Below, one piece after another: positions 20,106 through 30,717 of a stretch of DNA of 64,000 nt (positions within the stretch are counted from its first letter, which is position 1; each line of letters starts with the position of its first letter). The stretch spans positions 3,459 to 67,458 of the forward strand of contig CALURU010000012.1 in assembly GCA_944323255.1 (NCBI GenBank), in the 5' to 3' direction. This DNA comes from Candidatus Gastranaerophilales bacterium. GTDB taxonomy: Bacteria > Cyanobacteriota > Vampirovibrionia > Gastranaerophilales > Gastranaerophilaceae. Made by a program: the position numbers and the translations under genes. Under the pieces are notes generated by a model. It made no database searches, was not told the origin of the DNA, and saw only the letters and a list, made by a program, of their open reading frames with translations.

Positions 20106-20133
20106 AGGGCGGAGCGATTTATCGCTCCGCCCT
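20106..20133. terminator. Hairpin between convergent genes
   Basis: AGGGCGGAGCGAT-tt-ATCGCTCCGCCCT preceded by an A-run. Confidence 0.8.
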
Positions 20134-20157
20134 GTCAAATTGCCTTGCTTTAAAACC

Positions 20158-20718
20158 TTAATTCAATCCGAGCTGGCTTCTGTAGAATCCGTTGCTTGCT
20201 ATCTTTTGTTCAACGAGATTGTTGTTAGAAGATGAAGCCAGATACAAACCGCTTAATTTATCCAATCTTCTTGTAAGTTTGCTGTCAGGATAAGTTTTTG
20301 ATGCGACTTTAACTCTTGTCCAGCAGGAAGCTTCTTTTTGGGTTGCAAGAGTTTCTTCTTCCAAATCAGCGCTGTAGCCTGTATGATAGCTTTCGTGAGC
20401 AATCAGGCATGCTATTTGTTCTGCCGGTGCATTTTTGTATGCAGAGTTAATCAATATAACTCTTGTACCATAATTATTGTATGTGCTTACGGCAAAAGCA
20501 TTTTTACCGTTTGTTACCATTGATAAGTCATCAAACTTAATTCTCATGCCATATTTTTGAAGGTTTCTGAACACATCCTGTTCGCCGGCTTGTTCAAGAA
20601 CTTTCATAGCTGCAATAATTTTTGCGTCTGATGAGAAGGTTGTAATTCTGTAAGCGAATGCTTGTTGGTTAATACTTAAAAATAAGAATGCAAAAAACAC
20701 TAATACTACTTTTTTCAC
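20158..20718 (-). CDS. Secreted hypothetical protein with HExxH motif (zincin-like)
   Basis: Signal peptide (..QQAFA); LIAHESYH followed by a downstream EEE. Confidence 0.65.
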   Translation of the reverse strand: MKKVVLVFFAFLFLSINQQAFAYRITTFSSDAKIIAAMKVLEQAGEQDVFRNLQKYGMRIKFDDLSMVTNGKNAFAVSTYNNYGTRVILINSAYKNAPAEQIACLIAHESYHTGYSADLEEETLATQKEASCWTRVKVASKTYPDSKLTRRLDKLSGLYLASSSNNNLVEQKIASNGFYRSQLGLN

Positions 20719-20949
20719 GACTTAAAGCTCCTAATCAACTTATTTCCTATGTGAGTGTTTACGGAACGTTTTTGTGAAATCTTTAGCTTTTTGCCCGGCG
20801 TTGTTACAAAACTTTATAAAACTCAATAAATCTTCAAGAAAAAATGGCTGAAACCCGCATTTTATCTGGGTGGTTATTTTAAGATTTAAATTTTAAGATA
20901 TAATAAGAAGGTATATAGAAAGTTTGGTTAATTTTACATTTCTTAACAT

Positions 20950-23900
20950 ATGGAGGGTTATATGAATCGTATTTTCTGGAAAAGGCTTGGTATATTGCTT
21001 GTTGGGGCGGTTGTGCTTTTATATCTTGTATTTTTATCCTGCCCGCTTATACTCAATCCGATTATCGAGGGTTATATTCCCCAGATAAAGGAGATTATAA
21101 AAGAGACAACCGGCTTGGATTCTAACCTGGAAGGTGTGCGGGTTGTAACCACTCCAAAACTTACAGCAGGATTGAAGGCGGAAAAGTTTGAACTTTTGAT
21201 ACCTGACGGAAAGAGGGTATTATCTGCCAGCGGTTTTAGGGTAAAAATGTCTGTAATTCCGCTTTTTGCAAGAAGAATTGAAGTTGATGCCATTCAGCTT
21301 GATAGTGCAAAGGCTAATTTATTGGTCATGCAAGACGGGACTTTTGAGGTAGAAAAATATTTCCCTAAGAGTGAAGAGACCGATGAAGCGGCTGAACATG
21401 AGACTGCTGCGATAACAGGGCTTCCGCTCGGGTTTAAGTTGTCCAATCATCTGCCGGATATAGAGGTTAAGGATTATACAGTTACAATAACTGATGGTGC
21501 TGACGAATATACACTAAGCGGGTTTAATACAAAAATCAGTGATTTTATTTTAAATAAGAGCATTAAGGTAAAAGCTTCCGGAAAAGCGGTTTTAAAGGGT
21601 AGAGAGCAGTTCAGTTATAATGTTAATATTTTGAATAAAATCATGCCGGATATGGAGTTAAATGACCTTGTGTTTAATCCTGCACCAGCGGAGGAAAAAG
21701 TTCAGAAGGAAACTTTCAGGGTTAATATAATAGAGATTTTGCAGGGAATCTATGCAAATAATCTTATGGCGAAGGCTGATGCTGATTTGACAATAGCAAA
21801 AGAAGGAATCAACGGGCAGGCGGAGATTACTAATTTATCTATTATAAATCTGCCTCCCAGTTTTATAAAATTGAAGTTTAAGGAAAACAGCGTCGATATT
21901 TTATCCGATATTTATACAGCAAAGGGCGAAGTATCAAAGATTGACGGGATTTTTCAGGGCGGCAAAAAGCCGAAAATTGACTTGAATTTTAAATCAAAAG
22001 TTGAGATTGCAAATATTTTAAAGATAGTAAAAGATATTGCTGTAATTTTTGATATAAAAGATTTACAGACTTTGAGCGCAAACGGTAAAATCGATGCAAA
22101 TTTTAATATCAAATCAGATTTAAAGACGGTAAAATCAAGCGGGTATTTGAATATACCTTCTGCAGACGTTTATTATGGTTTGTACAAAATCGGGGTTGAC
22201 AATATCAATGCTGAAGTAAAACTTAACAATAATAATATCAATATTAATAATATAGGGTTCACTATTTTAAACCAGCCGCTTAAATTATACGGAACTATAA
22301 CTTCTGATGCAGTAAGTGATTTACACCTGACAGCAGAAGATTTGAACCTTAAAGGTCTGATTGTTGCGGCAGGTCAGGCAGCTTTGATGAAAGATAATCA
22401 GGTTAACTCGGGCTTGGTCTCTATGAAGGCGGATATTACAGGCAGGCTGGATAAGATTAATCCGGCAGTTAAACTGGATTTAAAGAATATTAATATTAAA
22501 AATATTCCATCCAATACAACGCTGAAACTCCCTTCTACTACCGTAGGAATAACGACGGACGGAAAGACATTTAAGGGAACAGCAGTTGCTTTGGATATCT
22601 TGGCAGCTAATCCTTGTGCAAAAATTTCCATACCGGAAATAAAGGCTGTTATTAAGGAAAATGAAATAAGTATTTCTCAAACCCCTGTAACTGTCGAAAA
22701 AATTAAATTTAATCTTTCAGGCAAAATCAAAAATTATCTGACAGATAAAATTGACTTGGATTTTGTTACGACAGGTGATATAAAATCAACTCTTAGCGGA
22801 ATTGTTAATATGGCAAAACAGAGTTTGCACCTCACTTATGCCACTACGGAAAGTTCAACAATTATCATACCTATGTTTGACAAATCCAAGATGACATTTA
22901 CCGGAAATATTCATATTACAGGCAGTATGATGAATCCGGTTTTGAACGGTGCAATAAATATTCCGTCACTTGAGATTCCTGAGATTCCTGTCACAATGAC
23001 CGCCACCGAAATTAAACTAAATGGTCATATTCTTAATGGCAATGCGTCTGTTTTGAAATTTGCATCAGGCGGAATTGAGGCGCAGAATCTTACCGGAGAT
23101 TTTTCGCTCAAGGGTGAAAATTTTTATCTGAATAACCTTAAAGGCGATGCTTTTGACGGAAAAATTAACGGAAATATCATATATAATATTACAAACGCAA
23201 AAACATCCGTTGAAATGAGCGGTGAAAATATGAATGCAGAAAAAACCGTAAGAGGCGGAGTCGGTATCAAAAACGCAATTTCAGGAACTTTGAATTTCAA
23301 TACCAAGTTATCTTTAATCGTAACGGATTACAACGAAATGATGAAATCGCTTGCGGGAAATTTGAAGTTTAACGTAAAAAATGGTGCGTTTGGTTCAATC
23401 GGAAGGTTAGACCAATTCCTGCTTGCGGGGAATATAATTTCAAATTCGCTACTAAAGACAACAACCGAAACCATTGTTAAAAATACAAGTCTATCCGATA
23501 CTGCCAAGTTTGAATACATTGACGGGAATTTAAATTTTGCAGACGGCTGGGCAAAAATAGAGCCGATTAAGAGTTCCGGAAGTGTTCTGGCATACTATAT
23601 TTCAGGTAAATATAACCTTATTAACGGAACTACCAACGTTAATCTGCTCGGAAGATTAGATGCCCAAATCGTCGCCAAACTTGGACCGCTGGGTCATCTT
23701 TCGGCAGACAAGCTGCTTTCTTATATTCCGAATTTTGGCTCCTCTACGGCAAAAATTGTGAACGCCCTTACCGCAGATCCTAAGAGTGAAAACACAGACG
23801 CTATTCCGGCGCTTACAAGCGGAAGCACAAACTATCAGGATTTTAAAGTCCAGTTTAACGGCGGTTTGGAAAGCACAAGCTCCGTAAAATCGTTCAAATG

Positions 23901-24135
23901 GCTTACAAAAGTCGATACAAGTGCAATTGAAACCAAGTCAGTATCCGAAACAGTAAAAGATATTACAACTTCTGTTAATGAGGATCTGACAAATACAGTT
24001 AATACTGTTAAAGATGCAGTTTCAGCTTCTAAAGACGAATGGAATGCCACAAAAGAACAATTGAAAAATAGTGCGGAAGAGTTGAAAAATCTGTTTAAAT
24101 TCAAAACGGAATCTTCTTCCAATACTGCACAATAG
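20950..24135 (+). CDS. AsmA-family (AsmA/TamB-like) envelope protein
   Basis: N-terminal TM, long beta-rich body, AsmA-like C-terminus (GNLKFNVKNG, YYISGKYNL..NVNLLGRL). Confidence 0.75.
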   Translation: MEGYMNRIFWKRLGILLVGAVVLLYLVFLSCPLILNPIIEGYIPQIKEIIKETTGLDSNLEGVRVVTTPKLTAGLKAEKFELLIPDGKRVLSASGFRVKMSVIPLFARRIEVDAIQLDSAKANLLVMQDGTFEVEKYFPKSEETDEAAEHETAAITGLPLGFKLSNHLPDIEVKDYTVTITDGADEYTLSGFNTKISDFILNKSIKVKASGKAVLKGREQFSYNVNILNKIMPDMELNDLVFNPAPAEEKVQKETFRVNIIEILQGIYANNLMAKADADLTIAKEGINGQAEITNLSIINLPPSFIKLKFKENSVDILSDIYTAKGEVSKIDGIFQGGKKPKIDLNFKSKVEIANILKIVKDIAVIFDIKDLQTLSANGKIDANFNIKSDLKTVKSSGYLNIPSADVYYGLYKIGVDNINAEVKLNNNNININNIGFTILNQPLKLYGTITSDAVSDLHLTAEDLNLKGLIVAAGQAALMKDNQVNSGLVSMKADITGRLDKINPAVKLDLKNINIKNIPSNTTLKLPSTTVGITTDGKTFKGTAVALDILAANPCAKISIPEIKAVIKENEISISQTPVTVEKIKFNLSGKIKNYLTDKIDLDFVTTGDIKSTLSGIVNMAKQSLHLTYATTESSTIIIPMFDKSKMTFTGNIHITGSMMNPVLNGAINIPSLEIPEIPVTMTATEIKLNGHILNGNASVLKFASGGIEAQNLTGDFSLKGENFYLNNLKGDAFDGKINGNIIYNITNAKTSVEMSGENMNAEKTVRGGVGIKNAISGTLNFNTKLSLIVTDYNEMMKSLAGNLKFNVKNGAFGSIGRLDQFLLAGNIISNSLLKTTTETIVKNTSLSDTAKFEYIDGNLNFADGWAKIEPIKSSGSVLAYYISGKYNLINGTTNVNLLGRLDAQIVAKLGPLGHLSADKLLSYIPNFGSSTAKIVNALTADPKSENTDAIPALTSGSTNYQDFKVQFNGGLESTSSVKSFKWLTKVDTSAIETKSVSETVKDITTSVNEDLTNTVNTVKDAVSASKDEWNATKEQLKNSAEELKNLFKFKTESSSNTAQ

Positions 24136-24189
24136 AATTATCTTTCAGAAAAGGGGTACAGAGGAAAAACGCTAAGCTTTTCCGCAGGG

Positions 24190-24229
24190 TGAGAAGAGGC
24201 GCCGGCAAGCTTGCCGGCGCCTCTTCTCA
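24190..24229. terminator. 40-bp perfect palindrome between convergent genes (probable bidirectional terminator)
   Basis: TGAGAAGAGGCGCCGGCAAG|CTTGCCGGCGCCTCTTCTCA, no spacer. Confidence 0.7.
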
Positions 24230-24242
24230 ATATTCATAAACC

Positions 24243-25268
24243 CTAGTGCTTTGCAGGGAAAAACTCTCTGTTCATATTGTCCGCCGCCTTTTTGAAATCC
24301 TTATCTACCTTCAGCGCTTTGGATTTTTTTATTGCTTCAAGAAAAGCCTTGTTGTCAATTTTTTGGGAAACTTCAATTCTTGCAGGTACAACCAGTCCGG
24401 TGTTTAAAAAATATTCACTGCTTTTTGCAGAGGCAAGATAATCTACAAATCTTTTAGCTTCTTCCTTATGTTTGGAATTTCCGGAAATCGCCCAGCCGGA
24501 GCTGTCAAGCGGTACGATTCCGGGAAATGTAATAACATCCCAGCTAAAATCAGCCTTCTCGCTTATTTTTGGATACATCCATCTGCCCGAAAGATAAAGT
24601 CCGATTTTACCCTCAAGAAACATTTGCGCAAGAGTCGAACTTCCAACTTCTGACGGTGAAGGTGCATATTTACCCTCCAGATTCTTATAAAACTCTACTG
24701 ATTTTTCCGGATGATAAATATCTTCACCCATAGTTAAAGTATAAGGAAACATAAAATAAACATCCGGTTCAAAGCTTATACAATATTTTTTGCAATTATT
24801 AAAAATACTTTCCAAATCCTCAAATGTTGCCGGAGTGCGGTTTACTAAAGTTTTGTTCCTATAAAATACCAGATTGGAAATATCTCTCGGAATTGCGTAT
24901 AGCCTGCCTTCATAGCTCAATGCTCTTAAACTTTCCGGATAGTATTCATTTTTATCTTTATAGTCCGACAAATCTTCAAGCTTTGAAGCATAAAGAGGTA
25001 AATACAAATTGTTTAAAAAAATTACATCAGGTGCTTGAGATGAAGCAAAGAGAAGGTGTAATTTCTGAAAATAATTCTGCGGAATGTGTATAAAATTAAT
25101 CTTGATATCCGGATTTTCGGATTCAAAATCGGAAATAATCTTATTAAGTATTTGAACCTCAGTAACAGACCCCCACGAAGAAAATGTTATTTCTGTTTGC
25201 GCACAATTTTTATTACATCCGCATAATATCAAGGGCAGAGCAAGAAGGAGCAGCAATTTTTTTAGCAT
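24243..25268 (-). CDS. ABC transporter sugar-binding lipoprotein (SBP family 1)
   Basis: Lipobox LILCGC; APDVIFL, YAIPRD...FYRNK, MFLEGKIGLYLSGRW. Confidence 0.88.
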   Translation of the reverse strand: MLKKLLLLLALPLILCGCNKNCAQTEITFSSWGSVTEVQILNKIISDFESENPDIKINFIHIPQNYFQKLHLLFASSQAPDVIFLNNLYLPLYASKLEDLSDYKDKNEYYPESLRALSYEGRLYAIPRDISNLVFYRNKTLVNRTPATFEDLESIFNNCKKYCISFEPDVYFMFPYTLTMGEDIYHPEKSVEFYKNLEGKYAPSPSEVGSSTLAQMFLEGKIGLYLSGRWMYPKISEKADFSWDVITFPGIVPLDSSGWAISGNSKHKEEAKRFVDYLASAKSSEYFLNTGLVVPARIEVSQKIDNKAFLEAIKKSKALKVDKDFKKAADNMNREFFPAKH

Positions 25269-28129
25269 AAATCCATCACAAATTCCATATCATTTTCTTT
25301 TACGTTCAAGATAAACTTGTGAATACCGATTCTTACAATATATCTGACAGTTCCGTCCTCAAGTTTTTCGCTCACACGTGACTGCAATTTTTCTGTATCT
25401 AATTTTTCGTAGTACTTAATCTTAAATACACTGTCGCCAGCAAAGCCAATTATGCAATACCCTTTACTGTTTTTAGCAAGGTAACAGCCCATTCTGTCCG
25501 TGAAATATGAAGCGTTAACAATATTAAACCTTTCGCCTTCAAGTATGCAAAATTCCGGAGTAGGAACTCTCGGCGTTATTTTTCCGCTTTTTATGCCTTT
25601 CATTTCAGCTTGAGCTTCTTGTTTTGCAACGATTTTGGCTCTTCTATCCTGCTCAAGACGTTTAATCTTGCTCAAAAGCTTATCAGCCTCAGTCACTTCC
25701 TCCAGATCTTCCGGCTTTGAATACTCTTTCAAAGAATTATCAGAATTTTTAACAGGTTCTAAGTCAATTTCCGCATTGTTTACAGATGGCAAAAGTTCAT
25801 TACTTTCGCTGCTAACCGGCTCTAAATCAGTAATAGCAGGTATCTCTGTTTCATTTCGCATAGGTTTTGTATTCTCTCCATCTGCTCTAATTGTTTGTGC
25901 CGCCTGAGCAGCTGCACTGCTGGAATTTTGCGGCTTAGAAGCTTCTTGAGAGGCAGCACTGTTTCCGTCTTGCGCTGCACCGGCATCATGTTCCTTATCC
26001 AAATCTACATATTTTCCGTCATAAAGTGTTTCAAAGTCATTTTGATCCGTTTCCTTGATTTCAACCTGAACATCATCTTCATCACTAATGATTTCAAAAT
26101 TATCACCAAACTGGTTGAATTCCTCCTGCATATCAGAAACAGTAGGTGCAGGTCCAAAGTCGTTCAAAATTTCAAAGTCTCTCGTTCCGTCATCAAACGG
26201 TTTAAATGTAACATTAGAAATGTTTTTGAGAAGCGCTTCTTCGTCGACTTCCACCTCTTTTTCTTTAGGGGTTTCGTATTTTTCAGGGTGCTTAAGCATA
26301 TCCTCCAGATCCGGAAGCTCATTTCCTATCGACATTTTCTGAACTTCATAACTTGTATCAACGTATTGAATATCATCAGACGGTCTTACTTTGTAAGCAT
26401 CTTCATTATTGAGTTCCTTAGAAAGATCCGGCAAGTCCATATTGAGTTTTAACGTACTTACCTCGTACCCTTCACTTGCATATACAACCTGCGGTTTAAC
26501 CTCAGATTCAATTCTTCTTCCGCCCTGTTTCTTGAGCGCCTCTGATAAGTCAGGAAGCATGTCTTTTACATTGAGTGTTAATAGTTCGGAAGTCTTGTGA
26601 GGTTTTGATTTCTGTCTTGCAATCTCATCCTGCATTTCCTGCATTCTGCTCGGATTGGTCCTCAAATCTGTAATGAAATCTTCGTCCAGCTCTACACTAA
26701 TGAGTTTGTACAAAGCTTCAACATCTTCTTTTGTAAATGTTAAATTCTGTTGTGTTATGTATGTTGTAACAAATTTTTCCAGAAGCTCAAGTGCGGACGG
26801 CTTTCTGTTTTTCTCTGAAGACTCAAGAAATTCGGAAGCATGACGTTTTGTATCGTCACTTATTTCTGAATCTATCAGAGTTTCAATTCTATCCACATCG
26901 TCTTTTGAAAATTCAAGATTTTCATCGTTTATACATTTGTCATAAAGTTCTTCATCAATGCCCTGTTCTTCTTCAGCTTGTTCTTCCTGCCCGTCCTCAT
27001 CTTCTTCATCAAAGTTGTAAGTGCTCAAAAAATCTTCTAAAGCGTTGTTTCTCGGCTCTTCAAATTTACTGTCTTCTGTGGTATCAGAAGGCGTTGATGC
27101 CTGTTTACTCTGTTCATTTAACAATTCGTCAAGATCAACAATATTTTGTGCAACTTCCTGTACTTCTTCCTCATCATTGATTTGTGAAGAATTTTCTTCT
27201 GCTGATTGGCTTGTAGGCATTGTTACAGGTCTTGAATATTTTTTATCTATATTCTTAATTGTTGTGTTAAGTTTAGATTTACTGCCGGTTTTAGCTTTTT
27301 CCTTATCTTTTTTCTTCTTATCTTCTGGCTTAGGCTCGTCACTTACGTCATAATTTGCTTGTTCTCCGGTAATTTCAACCAGTTTGTCTTTTGCTTTTAG
27401 CATAAGGAAAAATGAAGTGACAATAACAAATGCTACACCAAGTATAATATACAAAAGTTCCTGATGGCTGGAAGGCTTATCTGCTTCCTGAAGGTCATTC
27501 AAAGTAGTCATCTCTTTTGTTGGTGCTTTTTTCTTTTTGCTTGTTGTCTGGCTTTGAGACTGGAATTGTTTGAGGCTCTCATTAATATCAACAGGTGTGA
27601 TTTGATCTACGCCGCTCTGTGATCTTATCGTATTACTGCTGCTATTGTTTCGACTCCGTCTGCTCCTTGAAGAAGAATTATTGTCATTATCTGAAGCAGT
27701 TGAAGTTTGGGTTGTTGTAATCATATCCGGCATGCTTCCCGGAGGAACATATACCAGAGTGTTTACATATAATGGGGCGCTTGATTTTGTCGTGATTGTT
27801 ATTTTTGTATAGCCGTTGCTTTCTTTTGTATAAGGCATAGTTTGAATATCCAAACTTTCAATGCTTTCGCCGAGAGCAGTGCCTGAAGGAACTTCACTGT
27901 TTGTTTCAGGAAGCATTATTACATAAGTACTGGCACTTTTACGTATCGGGCTAATGCTATTTGTCAATTTTTCTTTTGTCTGAAGCGTAACATTTACACC
28001 CCCGCTGCGGGTGGTGCTAAAATTGAGTGCCATTAAACTATTCTTATAATTCTCTGCGCCAAAAGCTCCAACTACGGTTACTACAGAAGCCAGAACTAAT
28101 GCCAAGGTTCTCTTCTTAAACTGCTTCAT
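25262..28129 (-). CDS. Large single-pass membrane protein: exported N-domain (AMIN-like), TM, very acidic cytoplasmic region (FimV/HubP-like architecture)
   Basis: Signal peptide; TM LLYIILGVAFVIVTSFFLML; long D/E-rich tracts; compact C-terminal domain. Confidence 0.55.
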   Translation of the reverse strand: MKQFKKRTLALVLASVVTVVGAFGAENYKNSLMALNFSTTRSGGVNVTLQTKEKLTNSISPIRKSASTYVIMLPETNSEVPSGTALGESIESLDIQTMPYTKESNGYTKITITTKSSAPLYVNTLVYVPPGSMPDMITTTQTSTASDNDNNSSSRSRRSRNNSSSNTIRSQSGVDQITPVDINESLKQFQSQSQTTSKKKKAPTKEMTTLNDLQEADKPSSHQELLYIILGVAFVIVTSFFLMLKAKDKLVEITGEQANYDVSDEPKPEDKKKKDKEKAKTGSKSKLNTTIKNIDKKYSRPVTMPTSQSAEENSSQINDEEEVQEVAQNIVDLDELLNEQSKQASTPSDTTEDSKFEEPRNNALEDFLSTYNFDEEDEDGQEEQAEEEQGIDEELYDKCINDENLEFSKDDVDRIETLIDSEISDDTKRHASEFLESSEKNRKPSALELLEKFVTTYITQQNLTFTKEDVEALYKLISVELDEDFITDLRTNPSRMQEMQDEIARQKSKPHKTSELLTLNVKDMLPDLSEALKKQGGRRIESEVKPQVVYASEGYEVSTLKLNMDLPDLSKELNNEDAYKVRPSDDIQYVDTSYEVQKMSIGNELPDLEDMLKHPEKYETPKEKEVEVDEEALLKNISNVTFKPFDDGTRDFEILNDFGPAPTVSDMQEEFNQFGDNFEIISDEDDVQVEIKETDQNDFETLYDGKYVDLDKEHDAGAAQDGNSAASQEASKPQNSSSAAAQAAQTIRADGENTKPMRNETEIPAITDLEPVSSESNELLPSVNNAEIDLEPVKNSDNSLKEYSKPEDLEEVTEADKLLSKIKRLEQDRRAKIVAKQEAQAEMKGIKSGKITPRVPTPEFCILEGERFNIVNASYFTDRMGCYLAKNSKGYCIIGFAGDSVFKIKYYEKLDTEKLQSRVSEKLEDGTVRYIVRIGIHKFILNVKENDMEFVMDLC

Positions 28130-28188
28130 ACCAGTATTCTATCACAATATACTTAAACAACATATACATTATTTAAACTACTTATTGA

Positions 28189-29193
28189 CTACATATCAGT
28201 TACTATAATACGTTTGTCCGAAGTTATTTTATCAACATTCAAAATAGTATAAAGTGTTCCGTTATACATTAATTCCTGTGCAAAATACCCGTCACTGTTA
28301 TCAATCGCATCTGTTTCCAAAAATTCAAACAATTCATTAATCTTGTCAATCAAAAGTGCCAGTTTTAATTCATTACACTTTACTATAATTACAGGATTTT
28401 TGTCATTTTTAGAAGACGCTTTGAGTCCTAAAAATTTCTTGAGATTTAATACTGTAATATAATCTCCTCTCAAGTTCATAATTCCTTCAATAAAATCAGG
28501 CGTTCCAGGAACAAATGTAATGGATGTATCTTTTAAAACCTCTTTTACAAAATTTAATTCTATACAATAAGAATCATCGTTGAGGTTGAAAGATATGTAC
28601 TTGTTTTTTGCGTGCAATTCTCCTGAAGCAAGTTTTAAATTAGACTTGTCTGCAATAGCAAGTGTCCTCTTGCTCATAATGCTTTTGGAAACTTCGTCCT
28701 GTGGAAATAAGGACTGTATTTCAACTTCTGCCCATTGATTGTCATGCTGTTTCAGTAGATTTTCTATAGCATAAATGTTTATGATAAAGATTGTTTCATT
28801 ATTATACTTGTACAGGGAATCTATAATCATCTTGTGGTCTACAAACGGAATTGCATCCACAAGTGCAGCATCAAAAGGAAGTATACCTAGAACTTTATCG
28901 GTTATTATTCCAAAAATTGTTTCATCAGTTTTAATGATTAAAAGTTCTTTGTTGATGTCATACGGTGTAACTTCCATATCCAGATAAAAACGGATATCGA
29001 TAATATTAATTACAAAGTTATTGTATTTTAATAGTCCTATTATATTGTTCGGAAGTTTCTGCGGATAATCAAGTTCAGGAAGCTTCATAATTTCCAGCAC
29101 ATTATCGGTATTTACGGCATATTTATTACCGCCGACACTAAAGTAAAGGTGTGTATTTTTTCTTTGTTCAATATAATTATTGCTGCTGCTCAT
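28189..29193 (-). CDS. cheW: Tandem double CheW-domain protein
   Basis: Two CheW repeats: KYAVNTDNVLEI..IIGLLKYNNFVINIIDIR and SYCIELNFVKEV..VPGTPDFIEGIMNLRGDYITVLNL. Confidence 0.9.
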   Translation of the reverse strand: MSSSNNYIEQRKNTHLYFSVGGNKYAVNTDNVLEIMKLPELDYPQKLPNNIIGLLKYNNFVINIIDIRFYLDMEVTPYDINKELLIIKTDETIFGIITDKVLGILPFDAALVDAIPFVDHKMIIDSLYKYNNETIFIINIYAIENLLKQHDNQWAEVEIQSLFPQDEVSKSIMSKRTLAIADKSNLKLASGELHAKNKYISFNLNDDSYCIELNFVKEVLKDTSITFVPGTPDFIEGIMNLRGDYITVLNLKKFLGLKASSKNDKNPVIIVKCNELKLALLIDKINELFEFLETDAIDNSDGYFAQELMYNGTLYTILNVDKITSDKRIIVTDM

Positions 29194-30634
29194 ACAAAAT
29201 AACTCTGTTTCTGCCGCTCTCTTTAGCTTTATATAATGCTTCGTCCGCAGATTTTAACATTTCCGCAGGTGTGTTAAATTCCGGATAATTCATTGTTAGA
29301 CCTATACTTACGGTAACTTTTGACTTAACTCCGTTATATTCAAAATCATATTCTTCAACCGTTCTTCTAAGCCTTTGTACAGGAATAATTGCGCCTTCAA
29401 TATTTGTTTCAGGCATAATCATAACCATTTCTTCTCCGCCGTAACGATATAAGAGGTCTGTTTTCCTAAATGCAGCCTTCATCAAATCCGCAATCGTCTT
29501 GAGTACATAATCGCCATACTGGTGACCATATGTATCATTAACTTTCTTAAAGAAGTCAATATCAAGAATAGCAAGGCTGAAATCCGAAGGATGGCGCTTT
29601 GTTCTGTTATATTCCTGCTCCAAACTTATCTCAAACTGGCGTCTGTTGTATAATCCGGTAAGTCCGTCAAGTACTGACATAAATTCTTTTTCGGTATACT
29701 GATATTTCATCTTGAAGATTGCAAGAAGTTCGCTTATCATAATATCAAAGTATCTGAAAGAAGCGTAGTCCATATCCTGACGGGTGTAGAAACAAATACC
29801 TCCGATGAGTTTTTTGTCAAATATAAGCGGAATAATGATTTTTGAAGTCAGATCCGTAAACTTGTAGTCAAGTTCTTTTCCCAGCAGAATCCTTACAACT
29901 TCAAATTTTGTATTTTTTAAAGCTCTGTATTCTTCCATTTTTCTGAAAAAATCATACTGAATATCGGATAAGAGGCTCTTACTCAAGTTTCTGCCAAGTG
30001 TATCAATGTATAAGATATTTTCAGCAAAATCATCCGGAGATGCAAAAAATATCCCTGCAACAGAATATTCTACAAACGAACTCAAAAGAGAAAACAGTTT
30101 TTCTACCAGAACTCTTTCATAGTTCATAAAATCGCTCAGGTTGCGAAACTCGTTTGCAAAAACGGATTTTAAAAGTAAATCATTAAGAATTGTATTAAGT
30201 CTTACCTGCGCAGAATCAGGAGAAGACTTTGTCATAAGTGCAGCTTTGTACTCTTCAGAAAGCGGATAGCGCCTAAGTGTTGCCTTAATCTGGCGTACAA
30301 GTTCGTTCATGTCGATAGATTTTGACAGAAACAACTGTGCTCCGGCTTTTTTGCCCCAGAAACTGTCAATTTTTTTGTCCAAAACCGTCAGCAAAATAAC
30401 CGGAATTTTTTTGATTTCGTCAACATTTTTAATCATTCGGCAAAGTTGATAACCGTCTATGACCGGCATCATAATATCAGACAGAACAAGATCCGGAACG
30501 TATTCAAAAATCTTTTTGTACGCCTCGCCGCCGTTAGTTGCGGTTTCAACGTCAAAACCGTTCTCAATTAACCCTTCTTTTAAAAACTTTAACTGGGTAT
30601 CACTGTCTTCTACTAATAAAACTTTTGCTGCCAT
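29177..30634 (-). CDS. Response-regulator diguanylate cyclase (REC-linker-GGDEF, WspR/PleD-like)
   Basis: REC LLVEDS..VLSDIMMP; DGLTGLYNRR, DIDFFKKVNDTYGH, I-site RKTD, active site YGGEEM. Confidence 0.95.
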   Translation of the reverse strand: MAAKVLLVEDSDTQLKFLKEGLIENGFDVETATNGGEAYKKIFEYVPDLVLSDIMMPVIDGYQLCRMIKNVDEIKKIPVILLTVLDKKIDSFWGKKAGAQLFLSKSIDMNELVRQIKATLRRYPLSEEYKAALMTKSSPDSAQVRLNTILNDLLLKSVFANEFRNLSDFMNYERVLVEKLFSLLSSFVEYSVAGIFFASPDDFAENILYIDTLGRNLSKSLLSDIQYDFFRKMEEYRALKNTKFEVVRILLGKELDYKFTDLTSKIIIPLIFDKKLIGGICFYTRQDMDYASFRYFDIMISELLAIFKMKYQYTEKEFMSVLDGLTGLYNRRQFEISLEQEYNRTKRHPSDFSLAILDIDFFKKVNDTYGHQYGDYVLKTIADLMKAAFRKTDLLYRYGGEEMVMIMPETNIEGAIIPVQRLRRTVEEYDFEYNGVKSKVTVSIGLTMNYPEFNTPAEMLKSADEALYKAKESGRNRVILYEQQQ

Positions 30635-30717
30635 GTATTCGTATATTCCAATTTTATCTATTTTAGTATAAAATAATTATATAATAAAATACTCAAAAAA
30701 ACTATAGGAGAGAAGAA

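Noticed and set aside
24196-24222. GCGCCGGC cores as RacA ram sites
   Set aside because: They match only part of TGACGCCGGCGTCA at a single locus and are adequately explained by the palindrome.
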